Below the pieces are notes generated by a model. That model was given only the letters and a program-made list of their open reading frames with translations, ran no database searches and had not been told where the DNA came from. From contig CAMDGM010000017.1 of NCBI GenBank assembly GCA_945898015.1, positions 4,410 to 68,409 of the forward strand: a DNA stretch of 64,000 nt, given 5' to 3'. The DNA comes from PVC group bacterium (GTDB lineage Bacteria > Verrucomicrobiota > Kiritimatiellia > CAIKKV01). A program made the translations under genes and the position numbers. Within the stretch, counting starts at the first letter, position 1. Each line of letters begins with the position of its first letter. Below are positions 34,515 through 44,346 of the stretch, piece after piece.

Positions 34515-37455
34515 CGCGACGGATGATCGGAACGGCGAATTGAGGGCGAGCTGGTTGGGCTGGGCCTGGGTTCTGCCCCAGGTGCTTCTCGGGTTTCTCA
34601 ACGGGTATGCCTGGATTCTGGTGCGGGGCGACATGACCCCGGTCCAGCAGTCGCGCGCTTTGTATATCGGTCTTTTTGAAGTGGTGTTGCTGGCGGGCGG
34701 GTGCCTGGCCTGGATCACGCAGACGTGGCGGCAACGATCCGTCGGCGTCGGGCTGGCGCTGGCGGCGATCGCCGCGCACACCGGTTATCTCTGGTTTCTG
34801 CTCCAAAGCCTCGACCACCTGCTTCCCGCGACGGTATCGCTCTGGATGCTTCCTGAAACGGAACTGGTCTTTTACCAGTTCTCGCTCATGATGCCGGTGG
34901 TGTTCCTCATGCTCGTCCGCCTGGCGCGGATCCGGCTCCGGCTCTCCACGCCCGTGGATGTGGGGCTATCCCTGGCCGCGCTGGTCGTGGTTCCTTCCGG
35001 CGCGTTCATTCTGGGTTCGTTGCTGGTCCGGCTCGAGCGATCGATCAGCTGGAAGGACGGCATTCAATATTTCCTGATTGCGGCCATTGTGGCCGGCACG
35101 GCGTTCATCCTGGTGGTGTTTCTCCGGCTCCTGCTCCGGTTGCATGACTTGATTCAGCGGCAGAACTGGTCCGAGTGGGCGATCCCTTTGGCCGCCGGAC
35201 TGGTAGCCCCCCTCGCGGGATTGGCGTTGAACGCCACCATTCCCTTTCCCTGCGATTTCCAGGACTGGTCGGTGTATGGCATGACGATCCTCAACGCCGC
35301 CGCGCTCATGATTCCCTTCCGGCCGGGAACCCGGTGGGCGATTCGGGGGTGGGCCGCCCGGGCCGTGTTTTATCCGTTCACGCTGTATTTCTTTCTCGTG
35401 TTCCTGCCTTTCCTTCCGCTGTCCCTGCTGGCCATGATCGTGGCCGGCGCGGGGTTTCTGGTCCTTGCGCCTCTGTTTCTTTTCGTGGTGCATTCCCGGC
35501 GGCTGTGGGAGCAGGGCCGGGTGTTGGCGGCAGAGGTGGGGGCCGGCCGCCTGATCGCCACGTTTGTGGTGTGCGTCCTGGTGTTGCCCGCCGCATTCCT
35601 GTTGCGCAATGAAGTCGACCGCCGGGCGTTGAACCAGGCGGTGGATGGCGTGTATAGCCCGGATTATTCGGCCACCCGATTTCCGCTTCGCACCGCCCCG
35701 CTGCGCCGGGCGCTGGATCGGATGGACGACGTGAAACACGGCATCTACCTGCCGTACCTGTCGGATGTGTATAACGCGATGGTCTTTCACGGCATGGTTT
35801 TGCCGGATGAAAAAGCCGCCCTGATCCGGCAAAGCCTGCTGGGTGAGGCTCGCCCCGAGAAAGAGCGGTTCAATATGTGGGGGAACGGATTTTTCGGGTC
35901 GCGGGCCCGAGGCGTGCGGCAAACCCGGGGGGGAGGGGTCACCCGGCAGGTGGCGGTGGACTCTCATGAGGAGACGCGCCGCCAAACCAACGGCGTCGCG
36001 GAAGCCGACGTCCGGTTTACCCTTGAAAACCGGGGCGGCGCAAACGGAGAATTTTCGGAACTCATCAGCGTGCCCGAAGGCGTTCTGGTGACCGGTTTCT
36101 GGCTGGACGTCAACGGCACCAACAAGCCCGGCCAGCTGCGCGAGCGCAAGGCCGCGACCTGGGTGTATGAAATGATCCGCGACATGACCCGGCGCGATCC
36201 CGGGCTTGTGGTGTATGAGGACGATCAGCAGCTCCGCCTCCGCGTCTTCCCCTTTTCGGCGGGAGAAAAACGGCAGTGTGGCCTTCGTTTCCGGTTCCCA
36301 TCGGCGTTGCAGCCGTCAATCCGGGTCGAGGATACTGTGATTGCGCTGTCCGATCATGGCGCGGGAAGTCCGGCGCCCGGGGCGGTGAGTGTGGCGCTGG
36401 CGGGCGGCGGGACGGCTCTGGCGGTTCCGGCCGCGGCGCTTGGCCAGTGGCCGTCGTTCCGTCGCGAGGTGGTGGCGCATCTGGTTCTGGACCAGTCTGC
36501 CGCGGCGGGAACGAATCGGGCTGCCGGGGTCAGTGGTGCCCGTGCCGCTCTGGCAGCTTTGCCGTCCGCCATCACCCGGGTGCGCATCACCTGGGCTAAT
36601 TATGAGCAGGAAGATTGGCCGGGCGAGCCGATGACGCGTGACGAGGCGCTGCGCGTGCTGGATCGTACCCCGGGCCTTCCGTTCCGCGGCGGGTTCTGTG
36701 CTGAGCGTGTGATTGCGCGGGTATTGCTTGCCGAAAGCCGGGCGCCTCGGGTGCCCCAGCCGGTGGGCTATGCGCCCCTGTTCGTGGTCATTCCGGCGCC
36801 CGGTTCAACGCCGGTGCAAGCGGGCAGCCTGGCGCCTTTCGCGCGGCTGGCGCCGGATTTGCCGGCGTATGCGGTGTTCGGCACCCAGGGGTTGAGCCGG
36901 GTCGCGTTCGATGGCGCCGGCAAGGGCGCTCCCCAGCCGCCTGAGTTCACGCCGGCCGAGATCGTGGTGATCGGGAAGGGGGCCGAGGCGACACTGGTGG
37001 CGAAAAATACGGATGCCTTGATCTTGGGGGCAGACGCCCCGGCATCCTGCTGGCAGGTGTGGAATCCGGCGTCTGGCCAGTTCCGGGATTTGGAGGGGCT
37101 TATCTCCTGCGAGGATCCGGCTTACCTGGGCGGAGTTTCGCTGTGGTCACGGCATCGTGCGCTGGCCTGGACTCCGGGTCAGGTGGATGCCGCGTTGCCG
37201 GATTTGGTCAAAGACGCGCGGGCGGCGGGCATGCTTATTCCGGAGGCGGCTTTTATTGTGCTGGAAACGCAATCCCAGGAGGTGATGCTGGCGCGCAAGG
37301 AGCGCCAGTCGCTGGATGCCAACCATGCCCTTGAGTTTGACGAGGCGAGCTCCCAGAAAGCGCCGGCGCCGCCGGTGGTGTGGCTGATCGTGCCGGTGCT
37401 CTGGCTTCTGTGGCGCCGGCATCCGTTGGCCGGATGGACCCGTCGCCGGACTTGA
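34498..37455 (+). CDS. Large polytopic membrane protein with a VIT-like domain and a C-terminal exosortase-type sorting signal
   Basis: The first roughly 400 aa contain many TM helices. VIT-like block: VAEADVRFTLENRGGANGEFSELISVPEGVLVTGFWLDVNGTNKPGQLRERKAATWVYEMI. The C-terminus APAPPVVWLIVPVLWLLWRRHPLAGWTRRRT has the layout short motif, TM helix, Arg cluster. Confidence 0.7.
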   Translation: MSIMNDATDDRNGELRASWLGWAWVLPQVLLGFLNGYAWILVRGDMTPVQQSRALYIGLFEVVLLAGGCLAWITQTWRQRSVGVGLALAAIAAHTGYLWFLLQSLDHLLPATVSLWMLPETELVFYQFSLMMPVVFLMLVRLARIRLRLSTPVDVGLSLAALVVVPSGAFILGSLLVRLERSISWKDGIQYFLIAAIVAGTAFILVVFLRLLLRLHDLIQRQNWSEWAIPLAAGLVAPLAGLALNATIPFPCDFQDWSVYGMTILNAAALMIPFRPGTRWAIRGWAARAVFYPFTLYFFLVFLPFLPLSLLAMIVAGAGFLVLAPLFLFVVHSRRLWEQGRVLAAEVGAGRLIATFVVCVLVLPAAFLLRNEVDRRALNQAVDGVYSPDYSATRFPLRTAPLRRALDRMDDVKHGIYLPYLSDVYNAMVFHGMVLPDEKAALIRQSLLGEARPEKERFNMWGNGFFGSRARGVRQTRGGGVTRQVAVDSHEETRRQTNGVAEADVRFTLENRGGANGEFSELISVPEGVLVTGFWLDVNGTNKPGQLRERKAATWVYEMIRDMTRRDPGLVVYEDDQQLRLRVFPFSAGEKRQCGLRFRFPSALQPSIRVEDTVIALSDHGAGSPAPGAVSVALAGGGTALAVPAAALGQWPSFRREVVAHLVLDQSAAAGTNRAAGVSGARAALAALPSAITRVRITWANYEQEDWPGEPMTRDEALRVLDRTPGLPFRGGFCAERVIARVLLAESRAPRVPQPVGYAPLFVVIPAPGSTPVQAGSLAPFARLAPDLPAYAVFGTQGLSRVAFDGAGKGAPQPPEFTPAEIVVIGKGAEATLVAKNTDALILGADAPASCWQVWNPASGQFRDLEGLISCEDPAYLGGVSLWSRHRALAWTPGQVDAALPDLVKDARAAGMLIPEAAFIVLETQSQEVMLARKERQSLDANHALEFDEASSQKAPAPPVVWLIVPVLWLLWRRHPLAGWTRRRT

Positions 37456-37486
37456 TTACCGGCCGTGGGGGCGTTAGGATGGCGGC

Positions 37487-38902
37487 ATGAAACGAAAAGA
37501 TTCGGCCGACGTGCTGGCGGCGGTGCAGGCAGTGGCGGCGGATGCTCTGGCGGTCTTTGGCGGCTTTATGCTGGCCACGTGGATCCGGTTCGACAGCGGC
37601 TGGCTGGCCGTGGAGAGCCGCCCGCCCGAGCTTTATTTCCGGTACGGGCTGGGGAGCCTGCTGGCCACCGCGGTCTTCCTGTTTGTGTTCAAGAATCTGG
37701 AGTTGTACCGGCGGCCCCAGACGGGGCGGTTCGAGGCCAAGATTCCCCGGCTGATCCGGGCCATGGCCTGGAGCCTGTTGTTGGCCAGCGCCCTGGCGTT
37801 TGCGATCCGGGACCCGTCTTATCCGCAGTATTCGCGCCTGATGTTCGGCCTGGCGTTCTTCACGACCGCTATCCTGGTGTTGCTCGAACGGTATCTCCTG
37901 TTCCGGTATGAGCTGCATGAGGCCCGGCATAGTCCCGTGCGCAGCGCCGCGCTTCTGGTCGGCACGGACGAAATGGCGGCCCGGTTGGCAAAGGCCATCC
38001 GGAAGGAGCCGCGGCTGCGGACGCGTCTGGTCGGGTTTGTGGCCACGAACGCGGAGGCTCCGAACCCCGGGCTAGGATCCGAGCCGGTGTTGGGCGGATT
38101 GGCGGAGCTTGACGGATTGATCGGAGCCGGGGGGATCGATCAGCTGGTGTTGTGTGATACCCGCCTGTCGCAGGATCGGATCGTGGACATCATTCTGCTC
38201 TGCGAGCAACATATGGTGACCTTTCACATGGTGCCGGACTTGTTCCGGATCATGACCGGCAGCGTGGATGTGCAGACGGTGGGCGATGTGCCTCTGCTGG
38301 GGGTCAGCCGGTGGCCGCTGGATTATTTCTGGAACCGGGCGCTCAAGCGGGTGGAGGATGTGGCGGGCGCCCTGGCCGGGCTCCTGGTGGCGGCGCCGCT
38401 CATCGTGGTGGCGGCGTGTTTCATCAAGCGGTCCTCGCTGGGCCCGGTGTTTTACCGGCAGGAGCGGTGCGGCGAGGCGGGCCGCACGTTCACGCTTTAC
38501 AAGTTGCGCACCATGCCCGTGGATGCCGAGGCGGGGACGGGCCCCGTGTGGGCCACGGCGGCGGACGGGCGGCGCACGCGGGTGGGCGCATTTCTGAGGG
38601 AGCACAACCTCGACGAACTGCCGCAGTTCTGGAATGTGTTGAAGGGGGACATGAGCCTGGTGGGACCGCGGCCCGAACGGCCCCATTTCGTGGAGCAGTT
38701 CAAAGAGGACATCCAGCATTACATGTGGCGGCACGTCTCCAAGCCCGGCATCACGGGTTGGGCTCAGGTGAACGGGCTGCGGGGCAACACCAGCATTTCC
38801 GAGCGGATCCGGCTGGATCTGTATTACCTGGAAATGTGGTCGCTGGCCTTTGATTTCAAGATCCTCATCAAGACCCTGTTCGCCCGCGACAATGCGTATT
38901 GA
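37487..38902 (+). CDS. Polyprenyl glycosylphosphotransferase (WbaP/EpsB-type priming sugar transferase)
   Basis: N-terminal TM bundle. Conserved C-terminal catalytic block [11 protein letters not shown]...FTLYKLRTM...[25 protein letters not shown]. Confidence 0.88.
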   Translation: MKRKDSADVLAAVQAVAADALAVFGGFMLATWIRFDSGWLAVESRPPELYFRYGLGSLLATAVFLFVFKNLELYRRPQTGRFEAKIPRLIRAMAWSLLLASALAFAIRDPSYPQYSRLMFGLAFFTTAILVLLERYLLFRYELHEARHSPVRSAALLVGTDEMAARLAKAIRKEPRLRTRLVGFVATNAEAPNPGLGSEPVLGGLAELDGLIGAGGIDQLVLCDTRLSQDRIVDIILLCEQHMVTFHMVPDLFRIMTGSVDVQTVGDVPLLGVSRWPLDYFWNRALKRVEDVAGALAGLLVAAPLIVVAACFIKRSSLGPVFYRQERCGEAGRTFTLYKLRTMPVDAEAGTGPVWATAADGRRTRVGAFLREHNLDELPQFWNVLKGDMSLVGPRPERPHFVEQFKEDIQHYMWRHVSKPGITGWAQVNGLRGNTSISERIRLDLYYLEMWSLAFDFKILIKTLFARDNAY

Positions 38903-38954
38903 GGGGCAGGCTGACAACATGCCCGGGGTTCAGAATCGAACAGGAGAAAAAGGA

Positions 38955-41405
38955 ATGAGCCGGATTGATTTGGCCGGGCGATGGACCTTGCGGCGAAAAG
39001 GCGATTTGAAAGACCGGATCCCGGTCCAGGTGCCAGGCGATAACCTGTCGGCCTTGCTGGCCGCCAAAAAGATCCCCGATCCTTATGATCGGCTCAACGA
39101 ATTGGATGTCCAGTGGGTGGGCCGGGAGGCGTGGGTGTTCGAGCGCACCGTGGAGGTGTCGGCCGAGGTTGCCGGCGCGCGCGACGTCTTTCTGGATTTC
39201 GACAGTCTCGACACCGTGGGGCGGGTCTACGTCAACGACCGCCTGGCCGGCCGATGCGAAAACATGTTCAGGCGTTACCGGTATGACGTGCGCGCCTTTG
39301 TGAAGCCGGGCAAAAACACCATTCGCGTGGAGCTGGACTCGACGGAAAAGGCCGCCGTGGCCGCCGCCAAAAAACTCCCGTATCCCGTGCCTTGCACCGG
39401 GTCGCCTGTGGAGTCGCCGCACCGGAACATGATCCGCAAGGTGCAGTGCCATGCCGGATGGGATTGGGGCCCCTGCCTGATGGTCAGTGGCATTTACGGG
39501 CAGGTTTGCCTGGGCGCCGTGTCAACCGCCCGGATCGAGCATGTGTATACCACGCAGAAGCACCGGCGTGGCGCCTGTGAGGTTGAGGTCACCTGTGAAG
39601 CCGTGGCGCCGGCCGCCGGCCGGACGGAGTTCACCGTTCAACTCGGCAAAACGATTGTTCGTAAAATCGTCACGCTGGATCCGGGCGAGAATGTTGTCCG
39701 CGCCCGGGTGACGATCCGTGACCCGAAGCTCTGGTGGCCGAATGGCCACGGGGCGCAACCGCTCTATGAGCTGACGGTTCAACTGGGTGACGATGGCTGC
39801 CGCAAGCGGCTGGGGTTGCGCACCCTGGAGGTGGTCAGCCAGGAGGACAAGCAGGGGTTGTCCCTGATCTTCAGGGTCAACGGGCGGGATGTGTTTGCGA
39901 AAGGCGCCAACTGGATTCCGGCGGATGCCATGCCGGCCCGCCAGACGCGCGCCCGGCTGGACGACCTGCTGACGAGCGCCGTTGAGGCGAATATGAACAT
40001 GTTGCGCGTCTGGGGCGGCGGGCAGTATGAGTCCGAGGATTTCTATGACCTGTGCGACGAGAAGGGGCTCATGATCTGGCAGGACTTCATGTTTTCCTGT
40101 TCGCTCTATCCGTCCACGCCGGAGTTCCTGGCCAATGTCCGCGACGAGGCGGCGTATCAGGTCAAGCGCCTGCGCGATCATGCATCCCTGGCGCTGTGGT
40201 GCGGGAACAACGAGGATCTCGGCGCCTTGACGTGGTATCCGGAGTCGCGGAAGAATCGCGACCGGTATGTGGTCGATTATGACCGGCTCAACGAGGGGGT
40301 TTTGGGGAAAACGGTGGACGACTGCGATCCCACGCACCGGTTCTGGCCCAGTTCGCCCTGCGGGGGACGGGGCGACTATTCCGACAACTGGCATGACGAC
40401 ACGCGCGGCGACATGCATTACTGGTCGGTCTGGCACGAGAATAAGAGCTTCGACGCGTACTTGAAGGTCCGGCCGCGGTTCTGCTCCGAGTTCGGGTTCC
40501 AGTCGTTCCCGTCCCTGTCGTCCATCAAGGCGTATGCCCGGGGGCAGGACCTGAACGTGACCTCGCCGGTCATGGAGCATCACCAGCGGAGCGGGACGGG
40601 AAATACGCGGGTGTTGGAGACCATGACGCGCTATTTCCGTGTGCCGGCGGATTTCGGCCACTTCGTGTATCTGAGCCAGGTGCAACAGGCGCTGGCGATC
40701 CAGACGGCCGTGCAGCATTGGCGGCGGCTGCAGCCGCTCTGCATGGGGACGCTGTATTGGCAGCTCAACGATTTGTGGCCGGTCTGTTCCTGGGCGAGCC
40801 TGGAATACGACGGGAAGTGGAAGTTGCTCCATTATGCCGCGAAACGGTTTTTCGCGCCGGCCCTGGCGGCGGCGTTCCGGGACGGGGACGCCGTGGAAGC
40901 CTGGCTGGTGAACGACGGGCCCGCGGCCTTGCGCGGCACCCTGGAAGCGCGGGTTATGGATTTCTCCGGCCGTGTACTCTGGCGTAAACGGCTGCCGGCG
41001 GTCTTGCGTGCGGGGGCGGCCAAGCGCGCGGGCCGGTGGGCTCTGACCGATCTGAGCCCGGATCCGGCTGCGGCCTTTTTGCAGCTCACGCTCCGGGCCG
41101 GGGGGAAGACACAGGAGACAACCCTGTTTTTCACCGAGCCCAAACGATGCGCCCTGGGTGATTCGAAGATCCGGCATGCGGTGCGGGAGGTGAAGGGGCG
41201 GTTGGTGGTGGAATTGGAAGCCGATAAACCGGCGTTTTTCGTCAGCCTGGACGCCCAGGCGTTGAAGGGCCGATTTGACGACAATATGGTCACGCTTTTG
41301 CCTGGCGAGAAGCGGACGCTGACGTTCCTGCCCAAAGAACCGGTGGCGGCGAAGACTCTGGCGAAGGCGCTGAAAGTCTGCGATCTGCGCGCGTCGTATG
41401 GATAA
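38955..41405 (+). CDS. Glycoside hydrolase family 2, beta-mannosidase-like
   Basis: HAGWDWGP, acid/base context LWCGNNED and nucleophile context FCSEFGFQSFP. Start taken at MSRIDLAGRW (ATG 38955) with a GGAGAAAAAGGA RBS. Confidence 0.8.
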   Translation: MSRIDLAGRWTLRRKGDLKDRIPVQVPGDNLSALLAAKKIPDPYDRLNELDVQWVGREAWVFERTVEVSAEVAGARDVFLDFDSLDTVGRVYVNDRLAGRCENMFRRYRYDVRAFVKPGKNTIRVELDSTEKAAVAAAKKLPYPVPCTGSPVESPHRNMIRKVQCHAGWDWGPCLMVSGIYGQVCLGAVSTARIEHVYTTQKHRRGACEVEVTCEAVAPAAGRTEFTVQLGKTIVRKIVTLDPGENVVRARVTIRDPKLWWPNGHGAQPLYELTVQLGDDGCRKRLGLRTLEVVSQEDKQGLSLIFRVNGRDVFAKGANWIPADAMPARQTRARLDDLLTSAVEANMNMLRVWGGGQYESEDFYDLCDEKGLMIWQDFMFSCSLYPSTPEFLANVRDEAAYQVKRLRDHASLALWCGNNEDLGALTWYPESRKNRDRYVVDYDRLNEGVLGKTVDDCDPTHRFWPSSPCGGRGDYSDNWHDDTRGDMHYWSVWHENKSFDAYLKVRPRFCSEFGFQSFPSLSSIKAYARGQDLNVTSPVMEHHQRSGTGNTRVLETMTRYFRVPADFGHFVYLSQVQQALAIQTAVQHWRRLQPLCMGTLYWQLNDLWPVCSWASLEYDGKWKLLHYAAKRFFAPALAAAFRDGDAVEAWLVNDGPAALRGTLEARVMDFSGRVLWRKRLPAVLRAGAAKRAGRWALTDLSPDPAAAFLQLTLRAGGKTQETTLFFTEPKRCALGDSKIRHAVREVKGRLVVELEADKPAFFVSLDAQALKGRFDDNMVTLLPGEKRTLTFLPKEPVAAKTLAKALKVCDLRASYG

Positions 41406-41428
41406 ACAGAAAATAAAAGGCAAGTCCA

Positions 41429-42859
41429 ATGAAGCCCACTTCGATGGTGTCTGAATCTCCGGCGCTGGCATGGGTCAACCGGCATATGTGGCTGGCGGGT
41501 TGCGATCTGGTGACGGAATATGCCCAGGCCCGCGAGGAGGGGCGCGACCTGCGCACCGTGGAGCGGGAGTTCAACCGGCTGAACGCGGTGGATGGCGGTG
41601 GCAAGGCGGTGGGCGGCGCGCGCGACGCACGCTGGATGGCCGAGGCGCTGGCGCTGATTGACCGCGTGCAGACGCTGCCGGTCCGCAAGGATTATCCGCA
41701 TGAGGAGCCGAGCGATCTGCCCGGCATCCTGGCGGTGCGGCCGGCCCGGCCGAAGCTGAAGCCGTGGAAGGGAACACCGGACGCGTTTTTGAGCCGGCTG
41801 CATGGCGGGCTTCTGGGTCGCATTTGCGGCTGCCTGCTGGGCAAGCCGGTCGAGGGCGCGACCCGGCGCGACATCCGGACCTGGGCGGAAGGCACGGGCA
41901 ACTGGCCGCTGCGCGGATATTTCAAGATGCCCACCGCCTTGCAGCTGAAGGCCATGCAGGCGAAGGAGTTCAAGTGGGCGATCGGGTCGTGGCGCAAGAC
42001 GATGCTGGCCGGCACGATCCGTGGCATGGTGGAGGATGACGACATCAACTATACGGTCATGGGCTTCGGCCTGGTGAAGCAGTTTGGAGCGGCCTTCACG
42101 CCGGCGGATGTGGCGTCCTATTGGGGCGCGAATGTGCCGATTTTTCATACGTGTACGGCGGAACGCGTGGCCTACCGGAATTTCGTAATGGGCGTAGTGC
42201 CGCCGCAAAGCGCCACGCATCGCAATCCGTATCGCGAGTGGATCGGGGCGCAGATCCGGGCCGATTATTTCGGGTATGCGAATCCCGGCAACCCGGCGCG
42301 CGCGGCCGAATGGGCGTGGCGGGATGCGTCGATTAGTCATGTGAAAAACGGCCTGTATGGCGAGATGTGGGTGGCCGCCATGCTGGCCGCCGCCTATGTG
42401 GAGACCGATTGGGTTCGGATTATCCGCGCCGGCCTGGCGCAGGTTCCGGCCCGGTGCCGCTTGCGGGACGATGTGGAAGCGGTGCTGGCGCTGCATGCCG
42501 CGGGGACGGGTTACGACGAGGCGGTGGACCGGCTTCATGCCCGTTGGAGCGAAGGCGTGGGCCACCACTGGTGCCACACCAATTCCAATGCCCAGGTGGT
42601 GGCGATGGGGCTCCTGTATGGCGGGGATGATTTCGGGAAGACCCTCGCCTGCTCGGTGATGCCGGGATTCGATACGGACTGCAATGGCGCCACCTGCGGC
42701 AGCCTCTGGGGCGTGAAGCACGGCGTGGAGGCCTTGCCCGCGGCGTGGACGAGGCCCATGAGGGACCTGGTGCGCACGGGCGTGGCGGGGTATTATGAGG
42801 TCCGGATTGGCAAGCTGGCCCAGGAGATGGTGGATCTGGCGCTTCGCCAGCAGGTTTGA
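41429..42859 (+). CDS. ADP-ribosylglycohydrolase-family protein with an N-terminal extension of about 130 aa
   Basis: ARH-family motifs GCLLGKPVEG, DDDINYTV and GFDTDCNGATCGSLWG. Confidence 0.75.
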   Translation: MKPTSMVSESPALAWVNRHMWLAGCDLVTEYAQAREEGRDLRTVEREFNRLNAVDGGGKAVGGARDARWMAEALALIDRVQTLPVRKDYPHEEPSDLPGILAVRPARPKLKPWKGTPDAFLSRLHGGLLGRICGCLLGKPVEGATRRDIRTWAEGTGNWPLRGYFKMPTALQLKAMQAKEFKWAIGSWRKTMLAGTIRGMVEDDDINYTVMGFGLVKQFGAAFTPADVASYWGANVPIFHTCTAERVAYRNFVMGVVPPQSATHRNPYREWIGAQIRADYFGYANPGNPARAAEWAWRDASISHVKNGLYGEMWVAAMLAAAYVETDWVRIIRAGLAQVPARCRLRDDVEAVLALHAAGTGYDEAVDRLHARWSEGVGHHWCHTNSNAQVVAMGLLYGGDDFGKTLACSVMPGFDTDCNGATCGSLWGVKHGVEALPAAWTRPMRDLVRTGVAGYYEVRIGKLAQEMVDLALRQQV

Positions 42860-44247
42860 AAAGTCCGTCCGCGGATCGGGAGCGGTTTGTGATCCAGCCT
42901 GAACGCCTTCATGAGCGGAATGCCGTCCCGATTGCCGGCCCGGGCCGGTTTGTCCTGTATGGCATGCAGCAGTCCCAGCGCGCGGCGTGCAACCACGCGC
43001 TCGAATACGCGATCCGCGAGGCCAATGCCTTGGGCCTTCCCGTCGTGGTGGCATTCGGGCTTATGCCGGGTTATCCCGGAGCCAATCGCCGGCATTATGC
43101 CTTCATGCTCGAAGGCCTGGCGGAGACCCAACGCAGTCTGGCGGAGCGCGGCATCCGGTTCCTGATGCGGGCGGGTTCCATTGACCAGGTTGTTCTGGCC
43201 CTTGCCCGTGAAGCGGCCCTGGTGGTGATGGACCGGGGCTACACCCGTCTCCAGCGGGACTGGAGAGAGGCGGTGGCCCGAGCCGCCCCCTGCCGGGTTG
43301 TGGAGGTGGAGTCGGATGCGGTGGTGCCTGTTGAGACCGCGATGGATCATGAGGCCTATATGGCCGCCACGCTCCGGCCCCGGATTGCCAGACGGCTTGC
43401 CGAATTCATGGTTCCGGTGGAGGAAGTCCGGCCGGTGAAGTCGTCCCTGCGACTTCGTTTCGCCGGCCCGGAAGTCGAGATTAACGAGCCGATGACGGTG
43501 CTGAATGGATTGCGGTTTTCCGGCGGGCCGGGCCCGGTGTCCGGCCTCCGCGGCGGCACCTCCGCCGCTCGGGTTGCGCTGGAGCATTTCCTGCGCTTCA
43601 AGCTTCATCATTATGCGGACCAGCGTGATGATCCGGCCGGGGATGGAACCTCGGGCCTCAGCCCCTACCTTCATTTTGGCCAGATTTCGGCGCTGGAGGT
43701 GGCGCTGGCCGCCCGCGAGGCGTGGAGCGGGAAGGCGGCGGATGTCTTTTTGGAGCAGCTTGTCGTGCGGCGTGAACTGGCTCTGAATTTCGCCTGGTAC
43801 AATCCGGATTATGACCGGTATTCCGGGTTGCCTGCCTGGGCTCGCAAGACGCTGGCCGCCGAGGCGGGAGCGCCGCGGCCGGCCATGTATGACCGGTCGG
43901 TTTTCGAGTCGGCCCGGACGGCCGATCCCGCCTGGAATGCCGCCCAGAAGGAGATGGTGGCGACCGGCCGCATGCATGGGTATCTCCGGATGTATTGGGG
44001 CAAGAAGATTCTCGAGTGGAGCGCCACGCCGGAGGAGGCTTTTGAAACCGCGCTGGTGCTGAACAACACCTACGAACTGGACGGACGGGATCCGAACGGG
44101 TACGCTGGTGTTGCCTGGTGTTTCGGCAAGCACGACCGGCCGTGGCCGCGTCATCCGGTGTTTGGGAATGTCCGGACGATGACGGCGGGCGGACTGGCCC
44201 GGAAATTCGATCTTGGCGCGTATGTGAAACGGATGGAGGCTTTGTGA
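42856..44247 (+). CDS. Class II CPD photolyase
   Basis: FVLYGMQQSQRAACNHAL (N-terminal class II pattern), LSPYLHFGQIS, RRELALNF, YWGKKILEW and CFGKHDRPW. The listed TTG start overlaps the upstream stop by 4 nt. The exact start is uncertain. Confidence 0.85.
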   Translation: MKSPSADRERFVIQPERLHERNAVPIAGPGRFVLYGMQQSQRAACNHALEYAIREANALGLPVVVAFGLMPGYPGANRRHYAFMLEGLAETQRSLAERGIRFLMRAGSIDQVVLALAREAALVVMDRGYTRLQRDWREAVARAAPCRVVEVESDAVVPVETAMDHEAYMAATLRPRIARRLAEFMVPVEEVRPVKSSLRLRFAGPEVEINEPMTVLNGLRFSGGPGPVSGLRGGTSAARVALEHFLRFKLHHYADQRDDPAGDGTSGLSPYLHFGQISALEVALAAREAWSGKAADVFLEQLVVRRELALNFAWYNPDYDRYSGLPAWARKTLAAEAGAPRPAMYDRSVFESARTADPAWNAAQKEMVATGRMHGYLRMYWGKKILEWSATPEEAFETALVLNNTYELDGRDPNGYAGVAWCFGKHDRPWPRHPVFGNVRTMTAGGLARKFDLGAYVKRMEAL

Positions 44248-44342
44248 GCGTGGTGCGACGACCGAACATTCTGTTGATCATGACCGATCAGCAGCGGGTC
44301 CTATCCGCCGGTGCTGGCGGCGGAAACGGGAGAGGGAGCTAA
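44244..44342 (+). pseudogene. Relic of a sulfatase N-terminus (only about 18 residues retained)
   Basis: A GTG-initiated 32-codon frame reads VSVVRRPNILLIMTDQQR, the typical start of PVC-type sulfatases. It then degenerates into Gly-rich sequence and stops. The C/S-x-P-x-R active-site region is absent. Confidence 0.45.
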
Positions 44343-44346
44343 GCGT

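Noticed and set aside
39522-43054. Two very long minus-strand ORFs (649 aa and 740 aa) opposite the GH2, ARH and photolyase genes
   Set aside because: Both are Arg/Pro/Gly/His-rich low-complexity translations typical of antisense frames in high-GC DNA. The plus-strand products carry specific catalytic motifs.
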